DNA from: Lingula anatina | Taxonomy: Eukaryota > Animalia > Brachiopoda | NCBI GenBank assembly: GCA_051362555.1 | Contig: CM120642.1 | Coordinates: 28,272,001 to 28,336,000 of the forward strand | DNA: 64,000 nucleotides | Direction of reading: 5' to 3' | Shown here: piece by piece, positions 28,229 through 42,100 of the stretch | Layout: each line of letters begins with the position of its first letter | Numbering within the stretch: the stretch's first letter is position 1 | Position numbers and translations under genes: made by a program | Notes under the pieces: generated by a model | What the model saw: the letters and a program-made list of their open reading frames with translations, nothing else | What the model was told of the DNA's origin: nothing | The model's database searches: none

Positions 28229-29349
28229 ATGGTAGGTTTTTCGTTATCTGACATAAGAGGTATAAGCTGACATATTACGGACATATTAGAAGAAGCACCG
28301 GGCTAGAGAAAATCATCATGGAAGGCTAGATGGAAGGCAGCAGAGCGCGTGGCGGGCAAAGAACACAATAGTTCTCCAACATCCAGAGCTGGATGGGGAT
28401 GCGGACGAGGGAGCTAGGTGAATTGGCGATGGAACGTAGTGCCTTCAGACATAAAGGCGCACGATACCTGACGACGACGACGACGACATATGTTTTACTT
28501 TTTCAAAAACTGATACTTAAAACAGCGCGCTCAAAACAAAATCGGTTTATTGTGCACCATAATTCTATAAATTGAACAACGTTTCATATGTTATTATTTC
28601 ATAAAATAAGGAGGCTTCATGTGGTGTTATATGTGCAATGATTACACGTAGTATTTTTTTTCGGCAACGCAGACAGTATCATATACGGTGAGCAATATAT
28701 TTTGCACAAAACAGATTTAAAATGTCTCTGTTAAACGGCACTAAGATATCATTAACAAAAGCTTTTAACAACTTTCAGAAGGTGCTATTGGCTCTATTGG
28801 TCGTGTGCCTCAAAGGTTTCGCTCTCGCAGAGAGGAGGGCAGTAACCACCCCAACCGTGTGTGAGGAGAAGCTAAAAACACTGACGCAGAAAGTAGATAT
28901 CTTACTGCGTCAGCTTCAGCTCCAGCAGATGTTCATAGCGGAACGCACACGCACAGACGGAGGATCAGGAATAAAACAGGCGAGATGGGGCGCCATTGGA
29001 ACAAGACCATATCATACGTCAAGTAAGAAAAAGTATACGTTTTTATTGCTATCCTAGTCAAAAACGAGAGAAGGAAAAGGGAAAGAATTCGAAGGAGCTT
29101 TCATGCCAACCTTAGGCGACAGATAATGGTTGCTTAGGGTTGCAGGTTGGGTCTGGGGAGGGAGCAGACATGTAGCTTAATTGAGGCGCAGCTTAATCGT
29201 AGCCCAACAAAAATCTTGCAAAATGTAGTTTTAGTTGTTCAAGGGTATCACATATTGCAGAAAAAGAAGAAGAAAGGAGGAACGATAAAGCAGATACACA
29301 AAACAGGTTTTTCTATATTGAGGCTAAAATGGATATAACGTCCTGTTTA

Positions 29350-29396
<47 letters not shown>

Positions 29397-32300
29397 TTGC
29401 TCCTAAGCTGTACAAAGACCGTTGTAGGGCGCTTATGATTTCGATCTAAATTATATTCTTGCCTTTTCAGGTCACAACATGAATTGGATAGCAGGAGGTA
29501 TTTTCCCACATTCCCAAGCAAGGGACTATTTCGTCACGTCAGGCACAAGTGCCGTGTTAAACGGAGTTGAGTTTCGCATGGCTGGCCAAGGACTGATGAT
29601 GTACAGGCCTGGCCAAACGTTCAAAAGTCCACGCCGAAGACTGCCTCTGCCGGCAGTGCCACCACAGGTTAGTTGTTAAGATGTGTCCTGGATACACCTT
29701 GGAGTGAGTTGTTGCTTGTGACACCTTTTACTCTAGACATTTAATTAAGAGTATTCGTCTTCGTCTATTAGAATAAAACATTGTAGTACCGTTTTTAGTT
29801 TTAGATTAAACATGGGACATCGTCGTCATCTATTTTTTTTTTTTTTTTTTTTTGCGTGTTTTAGAAGGCAATCTGTCAAATTGCTTTTCATGCTCATTAT
29901 TAATTTTTGCATTACTACAGAATCTGCATTACCTGTTACGGTATTTATGAAACGCCTGTTTTTTTCTTCTTATTTCGTTATCTGTTAAGTACTTGTATAA
30001 TGTGCATTAATACTGCTGGAGGGCGGGAATATCTTCCAATCATCTTAATTTCATTTGAAACAATTATTAGGTAAATTTAGTTTACCCAAATAGAGTCCTA
30101 AATACGTGGAGCAGTCCAGCGCTTTTGGTTCGTATGATCGTTTAACAGATACCTGTCATTCTTAACTATACATACAATGTATGTAGGTCTTAGCTAAGAA
30201 GACTGTGCCAGAGCAGGTCGCTGAGATGAAAGAATGGTTCAAAGCTTGGAGGGACCAAAACTACAAAGTGCGGGATTACAGAAAGTACTTCAAACCTGTT
30301 CTTTGCTACCTTGAAGGCAAATGGCTGAAAAGTCAAGGAGACGACAAACTGCCTTTTACACAGTGAGCAGATTTTGTCCACCATTTGAATAGTCACAACA
30401 ACGTAACATATATTTTTTGATGTATAATCTATCAAGAGGCGATGCTTTATAGTGATTTGAAAGGCGGGACAGTATAGTATGAAATAATATTAAGCAATTT
30501 GATCGGGTTTAGCGCCTTTAATCTGAAATATGTTCTCACTTAATATGCACATTTAACTTTTAAAGATCCATGTAGAAGTTGAGTTTAAAGTTAAGGTATA
30601 CCCACAAAGTTCATTCCATTTTTAAAAAGTTAAAATCAGTTTTTAAAGCTTATACTAAAGAAATCTTTTTTAGCGTTTAATTTGTTTAAGTTCCGTCCTA
30701 ACCAATTTATTGGCGTTACTCCAATCTGTTGTTGTGTTGTGTTTGATAAACGTATTATCTTTATTTTTATAGGTCATTTTTATCCAACGAGGAACGCGCA
30801 CGGTACCAAGCCTACAGTGGGGCCATTCCACTGGAGAGGTAAGTAGCATAAGTTTACTCAAATTCTGTTGAAATTTTCCATTTTATTTTGAATTGACCTA
30901 TACTATTGCACTTAAATATGATTAAATACATGTTTGGAATCATGTGTTGTGTCTAATCTATAGGTCCGTTTCATTTTGTGTAATACTGTAAAATCATGTA
31001 GATTGTTGTGATGTTGTTGTACGAAAATTGAAGCAAGTAAACAGAAATAATTTATAAAACATGTTTCCTTTATAACAGGGGTGTCTTAATTCAATCCATT
31101 TGTACTAGGGTTCTACATTGATGAAATTATTGGACCTATACTAGGTTGTCAATTAATTCAAAGATAAATGCAAATTAAACACGCTCAGTTTCGGAGGAGT
31201 TATGATGATCCCCTCTCCCACCCCCATCCCGTTTTCAGTCCCCCAATCAATAGTACATGGCGTACCGGCTTCTTGGTTATCCAGTGGACTCGGCAGCTGC
31301 TGATGATATTTGATAAACACATCCACTGGGGGCAATTTAAATAAACAACTGTCATTCATACACACATACACCCAGGACTTTATGTACATATCTTACAGAC
31401 ATGCCTTCAAACCGACCTCCATCGTCGACTTTGAGAACGGTAAACCCGTGTTTGCCACGTGGGACTACAGAATTTTGTGTCACCCGGTGAATCAAGACAT
31501 CCCAACCAGCACCTTCCGCCTTGTTGATGACTTGAGTATACGAACCCCAAGGAGATGGACAATGGATCAACTCTCACGGCAAATGTTAGCTAAGTATGTT
31601 AGTGTATATTCCTTTGAAAAGCCAGACGATACCTTTAGGTATTGTTTTGAATTGATTGCTGATTCATTTGAAGGGTAATGATCAAAGGATGATACAGAAA
31701 TGTTAGTATGAAGCAATGCGCACTGCAAATTTTCTCATATAACGTAAAAGTAGGTATACACTGTACCTCAATTAGGCAAAGCTGCTGTTTGATTATGGAC
31801 CGCAAGTTTCTTCCTGAAATTGCATATCGTCTAGAGAGAGAGAGAGAGAGAGAGAGAGACGCTATTGGCAAAGAATCCTTTTTTTTTATTTTTATTTTGC
31901 ACATTTAACATTGGATTAATGTTTTCATATTTTTATCATGATTTCAGTTTCCAACTTAATCCATTGAATCGTCCGTGGAAAGAAAATTCAGAGTTCGCCG
32001 ATTCCGATTATGAATTCCTCGATCAGCTGATGTCTCAGGTCCCAGGTAAGTTGCGCACCATAATAACAAGATGCCCTCAAAATGGTGAAAGGAACGTGAA
32101 TTTCATTTCCTAGCGGTATAGACCAAGAGATGGATACCGGCATTTTACCTCCTTCTTTATATATATATATGCTTACGCTTTCATTTTCTAAATATTAAAC
32201 ACCACAGTGCCTAATGCTATGTTTTTGGTAAAACTGGTAATTGGCAGAATATACTCTATGTCCGACTTAGTTAACTTGACATCTTTTTCCCAGGTCCAAA

Positions 32301-33504
32301 TAACTACGATGGAAAGTTGTATGACGACGCGTTCTCCAAACCCACACACCCATTTACCGCTACCACCGATAAAGCAGCAAAGGTAAAAACGAAGGAAACA
32401 TCGAAGTCAAAACTTGAAATTGAATGCTGATGTTGCAACCTGAGTGTGCCTTTCCCATTGACACTGAATCTTGCAACGAAATGTCTTTGAATTTCTATGC
32501 TTTTATTACTGCTAGCATGAACGTGCATGATAAAAAGGTCAGCATTTAAATGCAAAAATAGTTTGGAAATGATTGCTTATTTCTTTTAATTTAAGTTTCC
32601 CCAATCCATTTATTTAGCTGAACACCGCTTTTTACCACAGATGGTCAAAGATTTCACAGACCGGAACCGGAAGTCTAAAGGCTCGCCACAGAGGATTCTC
32701 TGACAACACGGTTTTCATGGCACAAACATCACAACCATCGGTAGGGTGTTATGATTTAAACGTTTTTTTTTTTTTTGGGGGGGGGGGGGGGAGGTGGCGT
32801 TTTGGAAGGGATGTTGTACATTGGAATTAATATTGTTGAATAACCCAGTTGTCTTTAACTTAAACGTTGCACTGTTTGTTTGAAACAGCTGCCACCAATG
32901 TTTCGATCAGGTGACAAATATCAAGGAACCACAGTACACATGAGATTAAAAATATTTTCAAGCATAAGGAAAGGAAAATTACATCACACACTAGACAAGT
33001 AGTATGAATTCCGGTTTTGCTCCCACAGACTTCTTCAGGCAACAGAACCAATTGTAACTGTTGTCATGTGGTAGACTTCGACATGAAGGCTTTGATTGTT
33101 AGTTTATAAGGTGTCTCTCAATGTCGTTTCAAACCATTTCCATAATTGTGAGTGTAATTCCTGTTTAAAGATTTTGATAGAATAATTATAAGAAAAAAGC
33201 AAAACTCTGTCCTTGTGAATTTTATTCCTAGCGCATCTCGTTGTATAGGTAGCAGGGATGAAGGTTGAGGATTGCAACTTTGTTGGAGGGAAAAAAGTAT
33301 GTAAAAGTTATGAGCAGCGCTGGTCGTACGCCATTCCGCTCTTCGTGACCTACCTTAACCCGCTGGCTAATTGGAATCCATATGGACTGACGATACACAT
33401 GAAAAGTAGGTTCACATGTTGTAAATGTCCCACATGTGTTTTACATTTGCCAATTTCAATATCCAAATAGCATGGTATAGTTTTAAGGCTGCTCTCTCTC
33501 TCTA

Positions 33505-33582
<78 letters not shown>

Positions 33583-34365
33583 CTAGGATACAACGATGTA
33601 ACGGTACACGCAAATGGGCGAACAGGCGGGTTCACAAACTCCACTGCCTACAACGGGATCAGCGAATACTTTTACTTCAGCACGCCTGGTGAATTTTTCG
33701 GAAATCCTAAGGTAAACTTGAAATATTTTTGTTGTCTTGTAGAATTTTGCTAGTGGCTAGATTGTACATTTTATTAAGCCCAGTAAATTGCAAAATAGAA
33801 TGTTACAAATTTCTTTTCAGAAGCAACTCAAGTAAATTGACCTATCAGTTACATTTTGATAGGATGTTTCTTGTAAAACTTTCCTGGTAGGTGCGATACT
33901 TGTTCAAAATATTGACACGAAAGTTAACAGCTTTTGACACCTGACATTTCATCTTATTGGCGACGGTCTGTATTTTATGACGGGTGACTTTGTCTGTATT
34001 AAGCTTCTGCTGAAAGATGAGCAAGTGATAGTCACTCACGTTCGCCACCCCTATGTCTATATCTTTTTTAAATGATAAAATCTGCCATCTCATATTATAA
34101 ATCTTTATCGCATGACATTCAGAACGGCGAAGCAAAACCGAAGGGCGTCCTCGATCCAAAGGGAGTTATCCGAAGCGTCAGTAGAGGCGGGATTAGAATG
34201 ATAATCCCAAACATTCCCGGGGTAGGCGCTCTCCGTCAAACCTATCCTATCTTCCCTATCCATGGAGAGGGCAGCACTGCATGGAAGGAATACGAGGCTC
34301 TGGCTGACATCGTTTTGAAGAGGAAAACTCATGCGAATATGTTTATTGAACCCACACAATTTTAA
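28229..34365 (+). CDS. Uncharacterised secreted protein, paralogue B (571 aa, 12 coding exons)
   Basis: Exons 28229-28231 (ATG), 28779-29022, 29471-29667, 30187-30362, 30773-30838, 31399-31593, 31948-32045, 32294-32382, 32618-32740, 33249-33405, 33587-33711, 34123-34365. Exon lengths are identical to paralogue A. AATAAA at 34436-34441. Confidence 0.88.
28256..28484 (+). mobile_element. 5'-truncated RTE-clade LINE 3' end
   Basis: Translates KLTYYGHIRRSTGLEKIIMEG*MEGSRARGGQRTQ*FSNIQSW..., the typical RTE/BovB post-RT C-terminus. Has an (ACG)n tail and flanking direct repeat GACATA (28250-28255, 28485-28490). Confidence 0.8.
33509..33576. repeat. Compound (CT)n(AT)n microsatellite
   Basis: Lies immediately upstream of the exon 11 acceptor of paralogue B. 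Confidence 0.9.
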
Positions 34366-35549
34366 TTCTGAATTCATAAGATTACAAGGATTCAATATAA
34401 GTGCCATGTTTTGTATATTGACATTTCAGATTTGAAATAAAACTTGCAGCACAAAGTAATTTGTTGATTTTCTTTATCCTGACTTTGGAATGCATGTGTG
34501 CTCAGATATTGGTTTAAAGCGAATTCGCTGAAACGGATTTTTAAGGTAGGGTTGAATTTTTAGTCATCACCTTGTATGATCCCATGGTGGCACGTTGTCT
34601 GGTTTCTGTTCAAGAATATTCTGGACTTAAACTGCTGAAAAGAAAGCTGCCTGGTTAAAACCTTCGAAAACCAAGACGACTATGAAAGACACAACTTGCC
34701 CTGCGTATGGACAGTATTTTAAACAATGCCTTTTAAACTCTCTTTAAAAAAACAGTTAAAACCAGTATTATGTCATTTTAATTCATTCTTATCTGAGATG
34801 GTAACCACGTTTACGTTTTATATATATAAGGATAAGATAAATCCACAGTTTTCCACCTAATTAAAATACGCATTGGTCTAAAACATCGGAAAATCGGTAT
34901 TAGTACCATATGATACTCATTTATACTGTTACATGTATTTGATGACCGAAATTTGGGAGTGGTTATAATTATGACCTAATGTTATAAGCGTTTTGTTGTG
35001 ATGTCGTGATATATTGGAATCAATAATATCCTTTCCATCGATATTCCACAGGTATTTTCTATCCAGAAAAGCCCATTGCCATTTATTGTTGAGCCAAGGT
35101 TTTAAGTGTTACGGCATTCTGCATAATCTGCGTAATGATCCGTATAAATTCAATGCCCTATACACCTTATTTGTTCCACTTTCCTAACCTCAAAAATGTT
35201 GAATACTGTTTATGCGACGTATCATCAATGGACTTGAGAAAATTGCCAAAGCAGAATAAAAACAGAGTGTCTCTTATTTTCGAAATGTTTTGTACTTTTC
35301 AGCAATGCTTTATTTTTATGTTTAGCAATGATGTGACTAACTAGGCTGTTTCCAGCATATATACATGTAACATTACATTTTCTTAGGATAGATAATAAAG
35401 ATTTTTCTGATATTCTCAGTATGAACGTAACCGCCTTCAACTATGTGACAAAAGGACAAAAACAAAATGGTGCGTAATGCCACATTTATTGATAAATGTA
35501 TCTTGAAATGTTGAACAATAAGCAAAACAAGACCATCAGTAAGACGTCC

Positions 35550-38500
35550 TTAAATGTTTTGCAGTGGTTCAAGAAACATGTTTGCATGCGTTTTCCTCTT
35601 CAAAACGAGGTCAGCCAGAGCCTCGTATTCCTTCCATGCAGTGCTGCCCTCTCCATGGATGGGGAAGATGGGATAGGTTTGACGGAGAGCGCCTACCCCG
35701 GGGATGTTCGGTAAAATGGAGTGCAATCCACCGGTGCTGACCTTGCGAAGGCCTCCATTCGGGTCAAGGACACCCTTCGGGGCTGCTGCGCCGCGCTGTA
35801 ATGAAATAGACAAAATTCAGACCCATTATTTTCTCAAAATAGGCTTATTAAATCATTATAATGCTGAAATTGCTCTACAAAATGCAAATAGATTCATACA
35901 TGTATATTTGCGTATATAGGTAAACATTTTCTGGTGCTTGCGTCAAATGTTCACATCAAAATGCATAACAAACCATCTATGGACGCCATTTACGATAGTG
36001 TCTTGTTTCCTGGTTGTCAGATTCAGGCGCAAAATCACTATCGACGTGACCGAGGTCCGGCACGCCATGTTTAACGTTTTGTTTTATAATATTATCCAGA
36101 GGTTGAGCAGACTATACTTGCTTATCAAGAATTATTGTGCACATCCAAACTCGAAACATTATTATGACTGCATGTAGATTAGATTTTTTCCAAAACTTTT
36201 GGATATTATTGATATACATTGGTGATTTGGACAAATTATAGAAATGTTCCAGGTAAAATGGTATCGTACTGTCTGTACAAAAAATATTTTTGGTCTATTG
36301 GATGAATTTGTGTGAAGTTTACCTGAGGACTTCCAAAGAACTCCGTGGGAATGGTGTAGTAAAAGTTGTAACTTGTGCCGTTGTAAGCCTTGGCCGTTGT
36401 AAAACCACCATTGCGACCTCCAGTAAATACAGTGCGGTCATTGTACCCTGTAAAAATCAATTTTAGTTTGAAAATTACAATGTGGGTTGGTTTTTTATGC
36501 AAGACAATTTTCAGGAAATCTGAAGTTTTCCCTGAATCATCAAACTGTTGAGATTACAATTTATAAATACTTTTTCGGTTTCTAATTTTTAGCGTCACGA
36601 GTGAAATTCCCTCTCCAGAACAACTATAATATAAACATATAAAACTTGGCTTATTTTAGTAAAAAGGCAAATTAATCTCAATCATGACGTTACTTTGATG
36701 CAAACGTATCCAATGTTATGTGCCTTACGCACTCAGTTGAGAGCAAAATTCAAAATAACAATTTCAAAATATTCACCAGCACGATTGTATTGTACTGGGT
36801 TTCTTACCAAGTTTTGTGTGGATGGTAAGTCCATATGGGTTCCAGCTACTCAGAGGGGTTATGTAAGTTATGAAGAGCGGTATGGCATACGACCACCGCT
36901 GCTCATAACTTTTACATACTTTATTCACTCCAACAACGTTGCAGTCCTCGACTTTCATTCCAGCGACCTAGAAATGAAACCAAGTTAACGGTATGGCTAT
37001 AAGCAAGCTTAAAATACGTTTATCGTTAGGATCAACAGATATCCCTAAATGTAACGCAAATAACAGCGCTATCGTCTGAGTATTAAAATAAGGGCAAATA
37101 CACAAATTAAATTTTGATCGCAGTGAATAACCTTCAAAACAGAGAAACCTCTTTTTTTTTTGAAATTTACTAAAACTAATATTGTCTAATATTGTCTTAT
37201 TACATGCACAACATGAGGTACGTATTAGATAAACGACATAACAGCACAGTAGAATTTACTGAATGTACCTGAGGATGCGAGGTTTGAGCCATAAAAACCG
37301 AATTGTCCGAGAAGCCTCTGTGACGCGCCTTCATACGCCCGGTAGATGTCTGCGACACTTTAGACCATCGGTTGTAGTAGGCGGTATTAAGCTGGAAAAT
37401 ATAAACAGTTTTTAAACTAATGAAAAATTAATTTTTTTAAATTGATGTGCCAAGTACAAGTGCACAAGTAATTACATAGACACACTTGGCAATGACCTTT
37501 TTGTTCTGTACTAGGATTTTACACTTAAATCTTGGGCAAAATGCTCATTCAGAGACGGAATATTGAGTAATTGTGCTATTAAAATGCTAATTCAACAGCA
37601 AATAAAACAGATTTGCATAGCATGGCAATGTTCAAGCGATGTCGGCTGAATACAGATAAATTATGTATGTTATTACAATCATCATATCTAAGTTACACTT
37701 CTGTTCAACCTTTCTTTTTTTCTCTTTTGCATTTTAACCCCAGGAAAAATTGTTTTCACCTAAAATCTTACTTTCGGTTCTTTGGAAGTTGCAGCTGTGA
37801 ACGGATGGACTGGTTCAGCAAATGAATCGTCGTACAGCCGTCCGGGATAGTTGTCAACGCCTGAATGGCAGCAATGCAAACTATATACAAGTTATGATAA
37901 TCACACTCGGGCTAAATTTGTTGCCATTTTTGTAAACTCCAGAACTCTCAGTACCAACATGAAATATTCATCTAAAACGCCACATCGTTTTGATAGTGTG
38001 TAATAATTTCACGTGGTCATTTACCGAAAATACCTGTATTTTGGCAGTATAGTATTAAGTAACGCACCTGGTATTTGAGCCATCAACTGATCGAGGAATT
38101 CATAGTTTGACGAAAACTCCTCATTCTTGGCCCAAGGGCGGTTCATCGGGTTCAGCTGAAACCTGCAACCAATACCCAAACAATGTTGGTAAATGGAAAT
38201 GTGCGTGATTGATGTCATCATATGCATGTATTTCTAAATATTAACGTGAAATTGAATGAACTTAGCTAAATAAATCAGAATATCCACCAAAACAAAAAAT
38301 CACATCACGGTAAGGATCGACTTAGGCCTTTTCTTTATACCTACTTTGCTAAAGTTGAATGAGCAAATCTGTTCAAATCCCAGCGCCTAGGGGTTCGCTC
38401 AGCAAGGTCATCAACAACGCGGAAAGTGCTGGTGGGAATATCTTGATTCACCGGGTGACACAAAACTCTGTAGTCCCACTTGGCAAACACGGGTTTGCCG

Positions 38501-39136
38501 TTCTCGAAGTCGATGATGGATGTCGGCTTGAAAGTTACTCTAGATATTAGAAAATACAAATTGATGTTTATGTGCAAAAGCAGTGGCATAACTGCGAAAT
38601 CTTTAATGCATAGGGCCATGTTGTATTGAAGTAATGTCGAAATCAGTGTTAGGAAAGGAGTCTGTTCAACAAAATTACACTTTATTACGTCTGGGCATAG
38701 GACATGTTACTTTGTTCGACTTGTGTGTTAGGCCACACTTTTTTTATTTTTATGGATGACATCCTGCGCGTGCACCGATTTTCGTCCGTTCTCCAAAAAA
38801 AAAAAAAAAAAAAAAATCACCCCCCCACAATCGAAGTCGGTTGTCGCAAACGTAGTTATTGATTATGCCAGAAAATGTGCTTTCTGCGCATGCGTATTAC
38901 TGCCACGTGGAAATATGGCCGCTTTGCCATCAAATTCATCTCTAGGATTACTTTCAAATTACAGGACAATTAATTATATAAAGTTATAAAGAGAACGGGG
39001 CCGTCGTTTTGGATTGTCATGCCATTGATATTGGGCATGGAGATATCCACTTTTTACAATTATGCGAAAGGCTGGCGGCGGCCAGCAATTATCGCCCGGA
39101 AAATTTCAGTGATATTCTGTCCAAAGCAACACATAC

Positions 39137-39180
<44 letters not shown>

Positions 39181-42100
39181 TAGCGAAAAAAGTATTTAAG
39201 TAAAAGTATTTCTTTTAAGTATTCACAATGCTTTAATATTTTGAGAGCATGGTTAAAGACATATTGTTAGTTTGATACGTGTTTCTGTGGTAAATATGTG
39301 TTTCCAGCTGTGTACTGACAGCATTCCTTTACTTAAGCAGCATTTTTTTTTTTTTGACTGTTTTTTTTTTCTTTTTTTTTTTTTTTTTTTTTCGCCCTCT
39401 CGCACCGATTTCGGGGTCCCCAGAGGATGTCATCTATAAAAATAAAAAAGTGTGGCCTTATATATATTATGCCTTACTTCGGTCACTCCAGACTTGTTGT
39501 GCCGACAGATTGTGTTTGTTACGACCATACAGTGACCTCTAATGTGTTAGGTGTGATAGGACATTCCTTACCTTTCCTGTGGCAACGCACCACTGTACGC
39601 CTGGTACCGGGAAGTCCACTGCTGCGCAATTAACATCCTATCGGTAAAATACATACAATGAATAATTTTTCTTCAAAGTATCAAACCGACACTCTTAGCA
39701 GTGACAGATGTTATAAGGTAATAGACAGTCGTTTATTTTTAAAATCTATCTTAGTAAGAAAAATAAAATCCGCATTGAAAGAATATAAAATAACTGGACT
39801 ATGGGAAAGATATCATGAATCAAGGTGTGGCATAAAGTCATAGTCATATATGAGTATCGTGGAAGTTAAATTTGAAAAATACTTACAATATGCGTTAGAT
39901 TTATATTTGACACAAAATCAATTAATCCTCTTGGAATTTTGCATTTTTTTTTTTTTTTTTGGAAAAATTAAACAAATTTACCCTTATAGCCAGTGTGTTC
40001 CCTACCCAAAAGTGTTGAGGACATTGTGATATGTTAATCCGTTTTCAAGTTCTAAGCATCCATTTTACCGTCGGGACAGCTATTCAATAGTATCCATCTC
40101 TTACACGTATGTAACCTACAATTAAAAACTTAGAAATAAAGAAATGTGTTTAAAGGTTGTGATTTTGTCAGATTCACACTTACTGTGAATAAGGCAGTTT
40201 GTCGGTTCCTTGACTTTTCAACCATTTGCCTTCAAGGTAGCAAAGAACAGGTTTGAAGTACTTCCTGTAATCCCGCACTTTGTAGTTCTGGTCCCTCCAA
40301 GCTTTGAACCATTCTTTCATTTCTGCAATCTGTTCTGGTACAGTCTTTTTTGCAAGTACCTACACCAACAAAATGAATCCTGGTTCAACCAACCTATCGA
40401 AACGCAGTGGCAGAAATTCAGCATTTTGCCTGAGCAATCTGCTTTATTTACAAATACTCAGCATCGAGATACAAGTATAAAAATAAACTGAGGAATTTAT
40501 TTTAAAAAGAAGAAAGTGTTTTTATCATCATCATTATCGAACTGTTTGCATATTTTTCAAACATGATTGATATGCACGATTCAGGCCCGTAGCCAGGGGG
40601 TGGGGGGTTTGGAGGTTCGAAAGAACCGCCCCTTCTGGTGGGAAAAGGTCCACTCTGGGTAAAATTTGATATAGGTTCATGAAGTTTTTATTGAAAAATG
40701 TCCACTTTTTCAGAAAAAGAACCCCCCCCCTTTTGAAATAGCTACATACGGGCCTGCGATTTCAGATAACTTGTCCTATTAAGATTGAAAAAATTATGTC
40801 AAGATAAAGGCCTCTATCGAACAAGATCTTTGGAAAGGTTAATAAGCTTATACTGTCTCTCCCTTTCTCTTATTGCGTTTGACAATCTTTCAGTGCATTT
40901 GAATCATCACCATGAACATATTCTGAATATCCTTATAACAATTACAAGCTTTTTTCGGCTCTATTGACCAACATAGTTCAGCTGCTATTGTTTGGCATTA
41001 TTATTGTAGTCGATCCACTTGGCGTAATCAAGCCAACCTTTCTTTTCACTCACGGAGTGGACTGTTGCTGGGCAGGCGATTGCCTAATCACTTCATTTCA
41101 CTACTACCGAAACTGCTATTTTTTTTACAGAAATTATTGATAATTTTCATTATACGTACCTGTGGGGGCACGACGCCCAACGGCACCAGCTCCTTTGCGT
41201 GGAATGCTTTACTGGTGCGACTCGGCATCTTTAACTGATCTGAGAGCGTTCTGATGGGGAACTCGACGCCGTTCAGCACCGCGGACATACCGAACAATGA
41301 AAACAGGTTCCTCTGTGGTGGCCGGGGATAAGCGGCTCCGGCTGACCAAGTTAAGGTATGGGCTGAAACATTTATTTATTTATTTATTTATTCATTTTGA
41401 AAAATTCGATTTGTCTTCAGCAATGGCTTTAAATTTTTAAAAGTGAAGTTAGATTGTGATTCACGTTACAGAGCGAAGCATCCGTTTTACCTTCTCTTTT
41501 TATTAGAAACGTCACCTTACCATCTAATGCTTAATCTGCGACATTTCCTCTACCATATCACGTTCCAAAGTCAAACAAGAACAGCAAACAATATCAGAAT
41601 GAATTCCCATTCATCTCCAAAATTCATTTTTTTCTTCCTCTTTTCAGTTCATAAAATTTTATATTATATCAGTGTTATATATATCAGGGGTGATTAACTT
41701 ACTTGACGTATGATATGGTCTTGTCCCTATCGAACTCCATCTCGCCTGTTTTATTCCTGATCCTCCGTCTGTGCGTGCACGTTCTTCTATGAACATCTGC
41801 TGAAGCTGAAGCTGACGCAGTAAGATATCTACTTTCTGCGTCAGTGTTTTCAGCTTCTCCTCACAGACGGTAGGGGTCGCTGGTGCAGCGAATCCGTGGC
41901 TCACGAGAAATACGACCACTAGTGCTGTCAACACTTTCTACAAACAAAAATTAAAATACACTCTGTACAGATAGACAAAAATGCATACTCTACTTCGTCA
42001 AAGTTGGTCTTTGTAAACTGTTAACAAAAAAGACTGTCTAATGCGTGTAACATGGTTTACAGTTTGTCATCATTGAATATTTTGAAGCACTCAAAACAGG

